Below are positions 1 through 10,982 of a DNA stretch of 64,000 nucleotides, in pieces; the first letter of the stretch is position 1, and each line of letters opens with the position of its first letter. Both the position numbers and the translations under genes were made by a program. The notes beneath the pieces were generated by a model, which saw only the letters and a program-made list of their open reading frames with translations, was not told where the DNA came from and searched no databases. The stretch covers positions 1,984,001 through 2,048,000 of the forward strand of contig CM074806.1 of assembly GCA_037447605.1 (NCBI GenBank), given 5' to 3'. The DNA is from Zygnema circumcarinatum SAG 698-1b (Eukaryota; Plantae; Zygnematophyceae).

Positions 1-71
1 ATCTGTCTTTTTGTGTCAACTCTCTCTGTCCTCACTTTGATCGTACAATGTCCACTCCGTCTTTTTCAATA
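1..71 (+). repeat. 3' end of the 5' LTR
   Basis: Identical to 2564-2634 and followed directly by the PBS-like GGTTATGGAGC. Confidence 0.9.
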
Positions 72-83
72 GGTTATGGAGCG
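72..83 (+). other. Primer binding site of half-tRNAiMet (copia/Ty5/Osser) type
   Basis: GGTTATGGAGCG immediately after the LTR resembles the GGTTATG(G/A)GCCC PBS rather than TGGTATCAGAGC. Confidence 0.6.
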
Positions 84-2437
84 CTCGTACCGATAAACGG
101 GGTGACTGGGACAAACTGTAGCGCATTTGGAGTTTAGGTGCGGTGACTTTTGAGGAAGAGAATCTGCAGCTGGCCAGTGCGTAGATTCTTGGTCTAGAGA
201 CACATCCTTTACCACTTCCTCCACCGCCCGGCCAGCGACGCCTTGAGTACTTGGCAGCGCGAAGAGATCACCGATTGGACAAAACGCGACAAGAAGGCGT
301 TTCTCCGCATCACACTCGGCATTCAGCGCAGTCTCATCGGACACGTCCGTGACGCCACCAGCTCCCACGACGCTTGGACTCTTCTGACCAATGCGTACGA
401 ACCTCGGAAGTGGTCTCACAAACTCCGTTTGCGGCGTGCCTTCACTAACTGCGTAAAGGAATCCTCTGAAACCATCGCGACATATACTGACGCGTCAAAT
501 CGCTGCTGACGGCCGCGGCATTGATTCGCGTAGTTACGTGATGATGAGATCATCACGTAATCTTTTAGGCGGGCTGCCCATTTCTTTCCGGTCCTTACGT
601 CTACCGTCCGGTGATCGCGCCTCGATCTACTAACGAAATTCGTCGGCCGACCTTCTTTTGAGCAGGAGGAAAAAGATTCCACCCCTCGGATCCTCCCAGC
701 GGCGTCCGGCTTTTGGGATCTGGTACTCCACCGTAAGTCTCCGAAGCCCTCTTTTGTATCGGTATTGCAAAGAACGCGGACTACGCGTAAAGGACAAAGC
801 TGTCGCTCGGCGGGAAGCGGCGCCGACTTTTGCGGCGCCCGTCCGTACCTCCGCCCGCTGGCGCGGCAAATATCGCGGCGCCCTCCGATTTGGCCCCTGC
901 GATTCGGTCCCCCGCTGAACCTGTCGTACAGCTTACGTGGCCACCCTCCCTCACGTTCCCTACCGCTCCCTTGGTCCCGCTGCCGCCCCCCGCCGTACAC
1001 CCCTCTCTTCACCCCGGCTTTCCCCCCCCGGCCGGCCCGCCTCCCACCCCGGGTGTCGTCTATGGTGCTCCCGAGTTCGGTCACGCTTTCCTGGCCGCGG
1101 ACCCTTTTGGGTATGACCCTTCTCTCCCTGACTCCACTTGGCTTATTGACTCGGGTGCCTCCCATCATCTAACTTTTCGTCGTGACTGGTTCTCTCGGCT
1201 TTCTCCCCTCCCTCTCCCCATGACCATTTTCTTAGGGGATAACCGCTCCTTGACTGCCACGCATGTCGGCCAGGTTTCCACTCTAATTGACGGCCAGCGC
1301 TTCATCATCGATGACGTCTACCTGGTGGATGGCCTCGCGAAGAATCTGTTTTCAGTAGCCTCCATCCTGATTTTAGGCATTCGGCTCTTTTAGGCCCGAG
1401 GCAAGGTTACTCTTCCACCCAGGAGGAGCCGTAGTTAGACGCGGCCTTGAAACCGACGCTTGTTTTCCTTACCTCTTTTCGCGGCCTCCTTAGGCGCGCC
1501 CATGCTCACACCGCCCGGCCCCCCTTACGCTTTCTTCGGTGGCACCTCGCTTTGGCCACCTTGGCGAAAGTAACCTCCCGGAAGCTCGGACCGGGGCTTG
1601 GAGTGTTAGGTTTAGACTCTTTCTCTGGAATACAAGTTAGACTTTTGTTCAGTTGTATTCAGGAAAAATGACAAGATTGCCTTTTCCTCAAGCTCCACCC
1701 TTGTCTCTGAACCTCTGGCACTCATTCATTCTGATGTCTGTGGCCCCATGCGCGATGTTAGCCTCGGTGGCGCATCATATTTTGTTACGTTCATTGACCA
1801 AGCGACTCACTTTTCCCATGTTTTTCCCATAAGCTCACAAAATTAGGCGTTTTTCTCCCTTCAAGAAGAGTTCAAAGCGTCGCGAGAGACCACTTCTCGG
1901 TCGCGCCAGAGACCACTGTAGCGATACTTGGCTGACGAGTTTGTAATCCACACGCCTTCTCCACGTACACCTTCGCCTTCCGGCATCACCCATCGAACTA
2001 CCCGGCTCACTACCTTTGACAAAATGGAGTACCGCCCGGCCCGGTTTAACAGCGCCGATTCGACATGGCTGCGCTCATGCTTCATTTTGCCGACCTCCCT
2101 ATGGCCTTATTACGGTGGGAAGCCATCTCCTGACCACTTACCTTGAACCTTTCCCCCACCTCTGCCCCTGCCTCACAACACTCCCTACGAGGCCTGGCAG
2201 GGCGGCAAGCCCTCCGTCTCCCACCTCCGTATTTTTGGCTGCGAGGCTTGGTAGAAAGATCTCGTCCAGTCGTCTGGCAAATAGGGACCGCGGGCCGTAC
2301 GCGGCATTTTTCTTGGCTACGCGCTTACGTCCAAGGCCTATCGTATCTGGTGTTGTGCGACAAATCGAATTGTACTTTCGCGCGACGTCGCATTTAATGA
2401 GGCTCCTCTCGTCGCGCGGCTTCATTCNNNNNNNNNN

Positions 2438-2634
2438 CGGCTGTGTGCTTCACACCCGGCCGCCCTTGCTCAGGCTAGTTCCACACCCTTTTGTCGCGTA
2501 GCTCTAGCCGCAATGTATATAAAACAGATTAGGACATTGTACACTTTACCACGTTAATCACACATCTGTCTTTTTGTGTCAACTCTCTCTGTCCTCACTT
2601 TGATCGTACAATGTCCACTCCGTCTTTTTCAATA
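2438..2634 (+). repeat. 3' LTR (start obscured by the assembly gap)
   Basis: Last 71 bp are identical to the window start; TATA-like TGTATATAAAA at about 2514-2524. Confidence 0.8.
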
Positions 2635-3002
2635 ATTTTCGCTTCTGCCCGCCTCTCCAGGCGCTCCGTCTCACGATTCCCTGCAGTTACGTCAACTCTT
2701 TGCCGACTTTCTCTTGACCGACGCTGCTCTTCATAATCCTGGTCATCAGTTGGTAGTTCAAACCGGCACACCGGGCACGAATTTCTGATTGATAACCACT
2801 TCTTAATGCAATCACCATGGTAGAGATGTGAGCATGGCATCTCCACTAGCAGTGCTCCAACTTCTGCTGTATCTTCGCAAATAGCACACAGCGACACTCC
2901 ACTGCTCACGTGTGCTTCATTAACAAGAACTGTTACCAATACATCGATGGCGGCCTTCGACGCAGGTGGTGGGCTCCTCCAAGAATTATCATTGGCTGCC
3001 AT
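2595..3002 (-). pseudogene. CIP8-like RING-H2 E3 ligase, 5'-truncated, with its C-terminus running into the LTR
   Basis: CAIC..MPCSHLYHGDCIKKWLSIRNSCPVCRFELPTDDQDYEE is a RING-H2. The in-frame upstream NPGDYFDAQGFETFVQH matches CIP8-type proteins but meets TGA at 3074-3072. The last codons and stop lie in the antisense LTR. Confidence 0.7.
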
Positions 3003-3527
3003 GTGTTGAACAAAGGTCTCAAACCCCTGGGCATCAAAGTAATCTCCTGGATTTTTTAAGTGATAACTCCTTCATGAAATCGCGCTCTGCGTGCAGTTCT
3101 GTAGTGGCAGAAAATTCTAAGGGAGACAAAAAAAAAATCAAGGAGCCTTTATCAGCACAGTAAACTAAAGCTGCTGCAGTGCGGTGCCTGGCACTGGGCG
3201 TGAACCGAAAACATCTGAAAGAATTGCGCGCATATTTGAGCCGGAGAGACCACGGCGCCGCTTCAAACAATTGTTTCAAAAATAGAAAATCAACGGCCAC
3301 GATGAAGTTGCTGAAGGGATCGGACGGCGCAGCATTCCCAAGCTTTCCCGCCGTGGGGGGGAGGCAGCAGCGGCGCCTGGCGGAGGGAGGGAGGCGCAAG
3401 GAGCCGGCCAGCCGTATATATGAGCAGAGCTGCACGGCGTGCAGATTCGCTTGATCGATCGTTCGGCACTCAACCTGTCAATGAGATCACTGTTACGACG
3501 CGCTTACATCTTGCGAGCTTCAGATAG

Positions 3528-5924
3528 ATGAATCATTCTACACCAACCATGAGACTATCTGTATTTGAATTCCTCCCGGACGAAGTAGTCATAAAGATTT
3601 TGTCTGGAATAGGAGCTGGCAAACATGTTGCTTGGGCTTCAGCAGTCTGTAAACGGTTTTGGATTCTCACACAACAGGTGAGGTATTTCTAGCTGGTGCT
3701 TGTGGACATACCAAAACTGGAGCATGTACGCGCTTTGCTAAGTCTCTTATAGCGTTCCTGGTAGTTGTGTAGGTTCACCGACTTGAATTTTCACGAGCAA
3801 TTTGCGACGAGGTAGGCCCTCGCACCGACGGGATCATTATGAAAGCAGTTGCAAGAACGTCAGCCTTACGCGAATTAGTGATCTACTGCAAGCTTGGGTC
3901 TGAGCCCTTGCTCAGTGTTCTGCTCCACACCCGGAAGACTCTTCAAACACTTGAGCTTCGGATGGATGAACGTCAACGTGGTGATGTAGAAGGTAAGGTT
4001 CGTATGGTGGACATGCAGATGAAGATTGTCTGCACGATGTGCCATGCGATATGATTATGGTGGTGACTTTAATCGACTAAAAAATTTCGATGGAAGGAAT
4101 TGGTATGTAAAAGCCGTATTAGCTGACCATCTTAGTGCTGGAATTCGTTGCGATGCATACATTGGCTTGTAATCATTACTTACACTCTATCTGTTCCATT
4201 CTTAACGTGAATGATTCAATCATTCTTTTGTCTTTGTAATGTTTGTACATTTTTTGTTGTCAATCACAGCCCTCTGAAATTCTTTTAGTACTTTGCATTC
4301 GTACGGAGTTATGACATCTTTCTTTCTCAAATCCATTCCGCGAACGAACGACGCGCAAATTGATCAAGCAAGGGACGACAGCAAGTGTTTCGAACTCATT
4401 CCAGTGTTGTGTGTCTCTTCCAGGTGCAAAATCACAGCTAAAGCTGGAATACGTAGGGGAGGCAAAGGATTTAAGGACTTTTCGGCTTTGGGGGGCCTGC
4501 TTTAACTTCCTCCGATAGGGAATACCATTTTCAATGCGACAGTTCAAGCACCTTACTACTTTAGAGATTGTCGGCACAGGCATCAATGATGAATCGCTGA
4601 AGAATTTGCTCTTACTGTGTCCTTTGTTGAGGTGTCTTTCCCTGGTGTCTGCCGAAGGCTTAAGAAGCTCTGCGATCAATGCTCCTCGCCTTGAGTTCTT
4701 AAGGCTGGGCATCTGTGGCTGGGGTGAAGCGAAACTCACCATGAAGGCGCCTTGTTTGTCCGCTCTGGATGTAAACGGGGCATCGTCTATCACTGTATCC
4801 GGTCAACATTTGTTACAAGAATTGACCATTGGCAATCTTCCAGGTAGAGAAACATATAGTGAGCCTTGTGCTATGTCAATCTGATGAAAGGCTTTCACGC
4901 TCTTAGTGATATGTTTTTGCGCCTCTTCACCGAACCGATAAATTACTGAGCTTTGTTTCCTTCTTCAGCCATTCACATGTTTTTTGCCACCGTAGACTCC
5001 AAGTAAGCTGGATGTATGCCCCGGGTAAAATTTGACAGAATTGTGCACCTTTCTTGCCCCTTGCAGGAAAAGTCAAATGCTTTTAACTTTTCTTCCCTTG
5101 CACAAGTGAAACGACTCGTCCTGCATGGAGGGCACTGGAGATGGGAACGGGTCCAGGAAATTCTGAGAGCAGTGACAAATATGGAAGAACTCAGCATGAG
5201 AGTGGAGTTTTGTGGCGATGGCAGCATGCCTCAGGTAAGTGCAGGTGTGACACTTTTTCATAACCCTCATGCTGCGGACGCATTGCTGTGTGATCTTTTC
5301 TTGAACTCGTTAACTGAGTGAAACATATTGTTGGGAGGACTACTCTGAAGATGCAAGAGATGAACAATCATCAATGAGTTATAATAGTCACTCTTAGTGC
5401 TTCTAGTTTCATTCACCACGAGGCATTTTGTGTCCACTTCTTGATGCAGGCTTTCCCAAGTCTGGATTTTGTAAACTTTTTTGGATCCTATTCTAAACTA
5501 CGCGTTTTTGACAGCCGAGGAGCAATGTTTGCTTCCATCGCCAGCAGCACGAGCTCGCGTCAGGTATGTCTCCTGTTTGTTGATTTTATGACAGCCAGCG
5601 ATTGTTTGCACCTGTGTTCGGGACACGACTGGAAAACATTGAAGTGGATGCGAGCTGCCTTCATTCGTGGCTGCCACTGTTGCTATGCAGGTCACAAGGA
5701 ATTTCACCATTCCATGCCTTGAGGAGGCCTCAGTTCTTGTACGTAGCTCGCTCAACTGGGAAAGCAAACTTGCAACCCTGCGAGCCCTCATTCAGTGTGC
5801 CCCCCGCTTAAAAAACCTTTCTGTCAACTTAACGCAATTGCGGGATTGTGAAGACGGTGCCGACAAACTCTTCAGAAGCCTTCTTAACCTCCAGGTTCAC
5901 CATCCCTGTGTATCGATCCTGTAG
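3528..5924 (+). pseudogene. F-box/LRR protein, At1g10780-like, with two apparent lesions
   Basis: Exons about 3528-3677 (FEFLPDEVVIKILSGIGAGKHVAWASAVCKRFW), 3773-3992 (LQTLELRMD), 4424-4843 (LTTLEIVG..LLCPLLRCL), 5067-5234 (GGHWRW..LSMRVEFCGD), 5450-5562 (AFPSLDFVNFF..GAMFAS), 5691-5924 (FTIPCLEE). In-frame TAG at 4516-4518 and an apparent +1 frameshift at 5081-5084. Confidence 0.7.
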
Positions 5925-7235
5925 GCAGGTCGGCTCAAAGCGCACCTGCCTTCCGTTCGAGCAACCATCCATTATTTCCCTTTCCTTGACGTTTATGACT
6001 ACAGAATTTAGGTGGCCAAGCTTACTCTATATTTTCTGAGGGCAGTCAACCAGTCAGCTTCCTTTCAAGGTGTTGCAGGAATTAGAAAAGTTGTTTTCTT
6101 ATTTCCATTCTTCCACAAATGGCAGTGCTTTTTGTACGCTCTTGACGTAGCGGGTTAACGCATAGAAGCGGCTCTATGTCACGTCATCGTGTGGAAAATT
6201 CACCAGCTATTAAGTCACGGTCAGTAAGAAGTCACCATTGAACAAAATATTTCAAGATCTGCAAGGAATTTTCTCGAGAAATATCTTTTTCTCACTCGGG
6301 AAAAAGAAGTTAAACGTTTTTTAATTTGGCAGCATACAGATGGTGACCAGTTTTGCCAAATGCTCACTCTCCCAAACTTCCGCTCCCGAAGCTTGTTTTT
6401 TCCCCTCAGGTCCTCACGCCCTTACCAGCATCCTGCATTTCCTCTAGGAAGTTCTGCGAACTCTGCACCTCATGGAAGAGCTTTCAATTCACCATCCTCT
6501 GGACTAGAGAAACGCGACTTTTAGAAAGCAGCGATCTCAATCCACAGCTTGTAATGGCGTAGGCTCTAGTTCAAGATACGATGCCCTGAAGACATCTACA
6601 GCCCATACATTCTTCTCAGCAGAGAAGCGAACACAATTTGTGACCAACGAGAGCACGTATTTCAGAATTCCACTCATGGAACAGGCTGCAAACCCAGCAG
6701 GAGATACATCACAACCCTGATCCATCACCTATAACCAAATGGGTGGGAAGACAGATTTCTGGAGCAGTCGGAAAATCTTTATTTTTTTCACACAACAAAA
6801 ATCCACACAACAACGATCTACTTTGCAAGCGCGCTTATGTCACACCTCACATCCACTTATTCGCTACTAAGTTTACATTGGAAGCGGATGATGCTCGCCT
6901 GCAGCCTGCCTGCCTGCCACTGCTTCAGGGCGGGCCTGCTCCAGATGCTGCGCCCCATGCCTCCCTCCGCTGTACACGAACACAGAGCGCTCAACTCCGA
7001 GACTTGGACGAGCCCACTAGTGAAGCACGACTTCACTTCTGCGAATTGGCTGCTGCGCTGTCAGCAGCACACCGCAACATCACCCGCAGAAAAAGGGGCC
7101 TCCGTGGACAACCTGCTGCACTGTACATAGATATATAAATACCGCAAACTTTGCGAGAACCCTACACAGTCGAATTCTAACTCAATAAAAACTGGACATG
7201 TCGCAGCCGCAGCTCGAATGATCTTTCGGAAATTC

Positions 7236-8188
7236 CTAGTTGAAATTGCCCGGGTCAGACCGGGGATAGTAAAATTCCCGCAAAGCATCCCGCGATTTGT
7301 CGACCTCTGCCTCTCGCAGGCCATAAACTCGAATCGGAAGCTCTCCTTCCGTATGCACTTCTTCCTCCCCTTGCCCAAAGGCTGCCTCTACTGCATTCGC
7401 ACGGAGTGCCAGATGGTCTGTCCACCTGACATCAATTAAAAGAATTCGAGCCAAGAAAATTTAGAAAAGTTCACAACGCCCTTGCGATTCACTTGGGGGG
7501 AGGGTGATGATGTGACACCATGAAGGAAAGGACGCACCATTCCTGAAGGCGGTTGTGCTGTTGGCTCAGAAAGCCCCTCTTCGTCCACTCCGTATCCTCT
7601 GAGTGCAGAACTCGCTCTGCTGCGATTACGGCTACCTCCCGGGCCTTCCTCTCGAGCTGTTCCAGCAACCTGCAATGGAGGGAGAAGTGGCAGGCCAGTA
7701 AGACTCCGCCACACCAACACGACACTTCCGACATGGTACACAATGCTGTCAAATCGCGGCTCGAACTGCCAAAAACATGACCTCTTCCATTGTCAGAATA
7801 CAAGACCACATCGAAGAACCGCAGCGCCGCGGCAACTTACCTCGAAGCAACGGCTCTACCACTTTCGCTGTCTGCGCTCTCCACCGCCGGCGTGGCCACG
7901 GCAGACCTGCACAGAGGCGCAATTCGCACGTCGCCGTCAACAACCACATCAGCCAATCCAGGGAATACCCCGTCCCGTCCTTCCCAGAGGAACGGCCCGC
8001 TTGCTGCGCCAACAGCCCGCTCTCCTGCCTACAGCGCGCCGCGCCCTGCATCGCTGCACTCACCAGCCGCGGCGAGGCCCCACTGCGGCACCCCCAGCCC
8101 TCCTTCCGCCTCGCGCCGCGGCGACCGGGCTTTGAAGCGCCACAAGCGGCGTAGCACAGAAGGCCGACCTCAGCATCACTGCCTCCAT
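7236..8188 (-). CDS. Hypothetical spliced protein with a plastid transit-peptide-like N-terminus
   Basis: ATG 8188, exon 1 MEAVMLRSAFCATPLVALQSPVAAARGGRRAG ends at a GTGAGT donor. Later exons join in frame: RLLEQLERKAREVAVIAAE..HNRLQEW|WTDHLALRANAVEAAF..PRSDPGNFN*. Middle exons are uncertain. Confidence 0.5.
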
Positions 8189-8193
8189 GTCTG

Positions 8194-8206
8194 CTCTCTC
8201 TCTCTC

Positions 8207-8274
<68 letters not shown>
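8194..8274. repeat. (CT)n/(GA)n microsatellite just upstream of the 8188 ATG
   Basis: About 40 CT units, directly visible. Confidence 0.95.
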
Positions 8275-8277
<3 letters not shown>

Positions 8278-8434
8278 CTCTTGCTTTTTGGTCTTCTCTC
8301 TTACCGTCTTCCCGGGGATATTTTATCCTGCGCGGCCGCCCCTCCCTCCCCCCGGAACGCGCCCGCGGCCGTATGCGCGCGGCGGGCCCGATCCAGATCC
8401 CACCGACGGCTGCGATTGCGCGGCCGAACACGCG

Positions 8435-9310
8435 CACGTGCGCGCCGCGGATGGGCATGCCGCCGCGCTGGCGCTGACGTGCCACCCATCGCGCCGATCT
8501 AGAATCGGTACGCGCACAGGGACGGAGAGAGGGGACGCCGCCCACGTGGAAGGCGGGTGATGTACGGCTTCTCGCGGAAGGGTCTAGACGACTCCGGCGG
8601 GCGGTCGCGCCAAGGGGACCGCCGCCCGCTCGACCCCTAGGGGAAGATTCGCTCGGCATCTTCTCCCGTCTGGCGATTGGACCACGTGGCATGAAGCACG
8701 TGTCCCTTTCGTGGGAGCCGTACGGTTTGCGGTACGTGCGAACGGTTTGTTTTTGTCTGTAGAGTTGGCCGTACACATGCCGGCGTCACGGAGCCCTAAC
8801 TGCGCACGGAACGGCCATCATTGCCGCCCTTGCCCGAGTTTGCTTGCCAGATGCTGTCGCCGCTAACCGACAACAAGACGCGCCACGTGTGACTGCTGCA
8901 GCCGTTCGCCGGAGTATTCATAAATGCGAGGCCACGCCGGACTCGGCACGTGTCGCCCAGCCTGCCACGTAGGCCTCGCCGTCAAAGACACGTGTCGTGA
9001 CTTGAGATAACGACAAATATCCAGTAACTTCTTGCTCTTGATCTCGAGCGTACATACGTGTACGGACGCGGCGGCAGGCATGCTTCCCCCCGTGGGCCCG
9101 GATCCCGGCGGCGGCGCCGCCAGCGGCCCTCCCGGCCCCCGCCCCGGGCCCGCCGGCCGCACTCGCAGCCGAGGGCGGAGGGACCGAGCGGGCGGTTGGG
9201 CGGTTGGTCGGTGGGGTCGTCGGAGAGAGCGCTACGTGCACACGCGTACGCGGGAAATGAACGTGCCAAATCTGTCGCAGCCAATCAGAGCACGTAGAAG
9301 ATTGACGTCA
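8435..9310. promoter_or_regulatory. G-box/ACGT-element cluster
   Basis: CACGTG at 8435, 8543, 8683, 8697, 8884, 8947 and 8989; TGACGTCA at 9303; CCAAT near 9281. Confidence 0.55.
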
Positions 9311-9413
9311 CTGGCACATAGAGCGCCAGTTCTACTGGGGAATAAAAGGTCACGTCGGTTGGATACCGAACCGAGATACCTCAATCGGAAGGGACATCGA
9401 CAGGCCTCTACAT

Positions 9414-10334
9414 TTAAGGGAATTCCCTTAAAACCGTAAATCAACGTTGTTTAAGGAATTTTTTGGACCTTCTTAAGGGATTTTATTGGATTTGTCGCAA
9501 AACACCTCAAAAACACCCAAAATGTGACGATCCTAAAGCTATCCTGCTATGCTCTCCCCCAACCTACCAAGAGATCGTTCCCTATCTTCGCCGCTGCTGC
9601 TGAGAGGGGGCAGCAGCAGCACTAGGAGGAGGAGCAAAGGTCTCTTGGCCCCTGATGCTGCCCCCGCCCTTACTGCCCTTGCCCCTGCCCTTGCTGCCCC
9701 TGCCCCACACATTTTCTAATTACCTCAGTCGCTTTCATGCATATGGATATTTTACTCCAAAGCAAAAGAAGAAAAAATCACACGAATGAAATATAAAGAA
9801 AGAAACTTAGGAAAACTCTTTTTATATTTAACGAGAACCGTACAACTTAGATATACTTGGACATGCTCATCCAAAGACTGCAAGCACCAGCTTCAACTAC
9901 ACGCAATGGAGTGAAGCATCCTATTACAAGCTTGAACACTGTAATTCGACCAAACAAATATCTTGAACCACAATACTAATGTGACTACTCGGTTCAATTA
10001 AAAGCACACCCCAATAACTTAATACCACGTAATTTAGCGTATTTCAAATCCAACTATCCTACACTAACACGTGCCACCCATCTTCCCATCTACCCAGCGC
10101 TCTAACTTTGATGGACCTCCCTTGAGCCTTCACACGACCAAACTGCTGAAACGTCAATAATGTAACCGTAACTGTAACCATAGCCGTAACTTTAGTTTCT
10201 GTAACAGTGGTCATCAATTTTTTGTGCGATTATCTGATGTCTGATAGTCTACATTTTCCTTGATATGTTTTTCCTAAGGGACGGCCAAGAATCACATATG
10301 GGATTTAAGGGACCCCGTACACGGTTTCCCTTAA
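9414..10334. mobile_element. Possible TTAA-flanked non-autonomous DNA transposon (Kolobok-like ends)
   Basis: TTAA-GGGAA at 9414-9422 and TTCCC-TTAA at 10326-10334; recurrent TTAAGG/CCTTAA subterminal motifs; perfect 20-bp palindrome at 9413-9432; no ORF. Confidence 0.3.
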
Positions 10335-10540
10335 CTGTACAGTAGTGGCCTGGGCATCGCGGTTCGGCTGCAGAAGAGTACGGCACTGCGTCTAAAATGG
10401 TTTCAGTAATACTGAAGACGCATCTTCCGCTCGATTTCGGTAGGTCTGAGGAGCGGTCATAGTTCGAAGTGTGGGGTACAACTTCCAAGGGGGAAGGATG
10501 TGGCAATGGATCAAGGGAGGGCCATGCTTTTAAGTTGATG

Positions 10541-10660
10541 AGGTTCATGTTCCAGGGGTTCGGGTTCAGGCGTACGGGTTCAGGGTTCAGGGTCCAAGAA
10601 TTCAGTTCCAAGGTCCAAGGATAAGGTTGTCGGGTTGATGATGTCGGTGTTTAGGGTTTT
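10541..10660 (+). repeat. Degenerate telomere-like heptamer array (GGGTTCA / GGGTTTA)
   Basis: Several GGGTTCA units plus variants, and TTTAGGGTTT near 10650. Confidence 0.55.
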
Positions 10661-10821
10661 GCGGGCGGCACCGACCTGTCGCCGCTCCGCCCGCCCGCCC
10701 GCCCTGCGGGACAAACTGTCGAGTCAATAGCCGCGCCGCAAGTCGGTTACCGCGCCGCTCAAAAGGCATGGCTTGCCATGCTGCCGGGGCCATAACCATT
10801 AGCGACATGCCGGTCGGTATT

Positions 10822-10982
10822 ACCTGACCTGACCTGACCTGACCTGACCTGACCTGACCTAACCTGACCTGACCTGACCTGACCTGACCTGACCTGACCT
10901 GACCTGACCTGACCTGACCTGACCTGACCTGACCTGACCTGACCTGACCTGACCTGACCTGACCTGACTTAACCTGACCTGA
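10822..10982. repeat. (ACCTG)n pentanucleotide microsatellite, about 32 copies
   Basis: Directly visible, with two variant units (ACCTA, ACTTA). Confidence 0.95.

Larger units (their letters stand above)
1..2634 (+). mobile_element. Degenerate Ty1/copia LTR retrotransposon (gag, protease, integrase; RT/RNaseH not seen)
   Basis: Bases 1-71 are identical to 2564-2634 (LTR ends). Gag-like ORF 243-509 (DAWTLLTNAYEP..KLRLRRAF). Decayed zinc knuckle YRYCKERGLRVKD near 755-800. Protease WLIDSGASHHLT near 1137-1172. Integrase LIHSDVCGPMRDVSLGGASYFVTFID near 1720-1800. SH3-like segment near 2200-2400. Many stops and frameshifts; 10-N gap at 2428-2437. Confidence 0.9.

Noticed and set aside
416-1172. 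Long overlapping ORFs (250 aa on the - strand, 135 aa on the + strand) inside the copia element
   Set aside because: Shadow frames of GC-rich gag/protease sequence; no independent motif.
6350-7140. Short ORFs and splice-like signals between the F-box gene and the 7236 gene
   Set aside because: No consistent reading frame or recognisable motif could be assembled; probably UTR or intergenic.
7749-8560. ORFs with RERERE or SLSLSL runs
   Set aside because: Translation of the (CT)n microsatellite.
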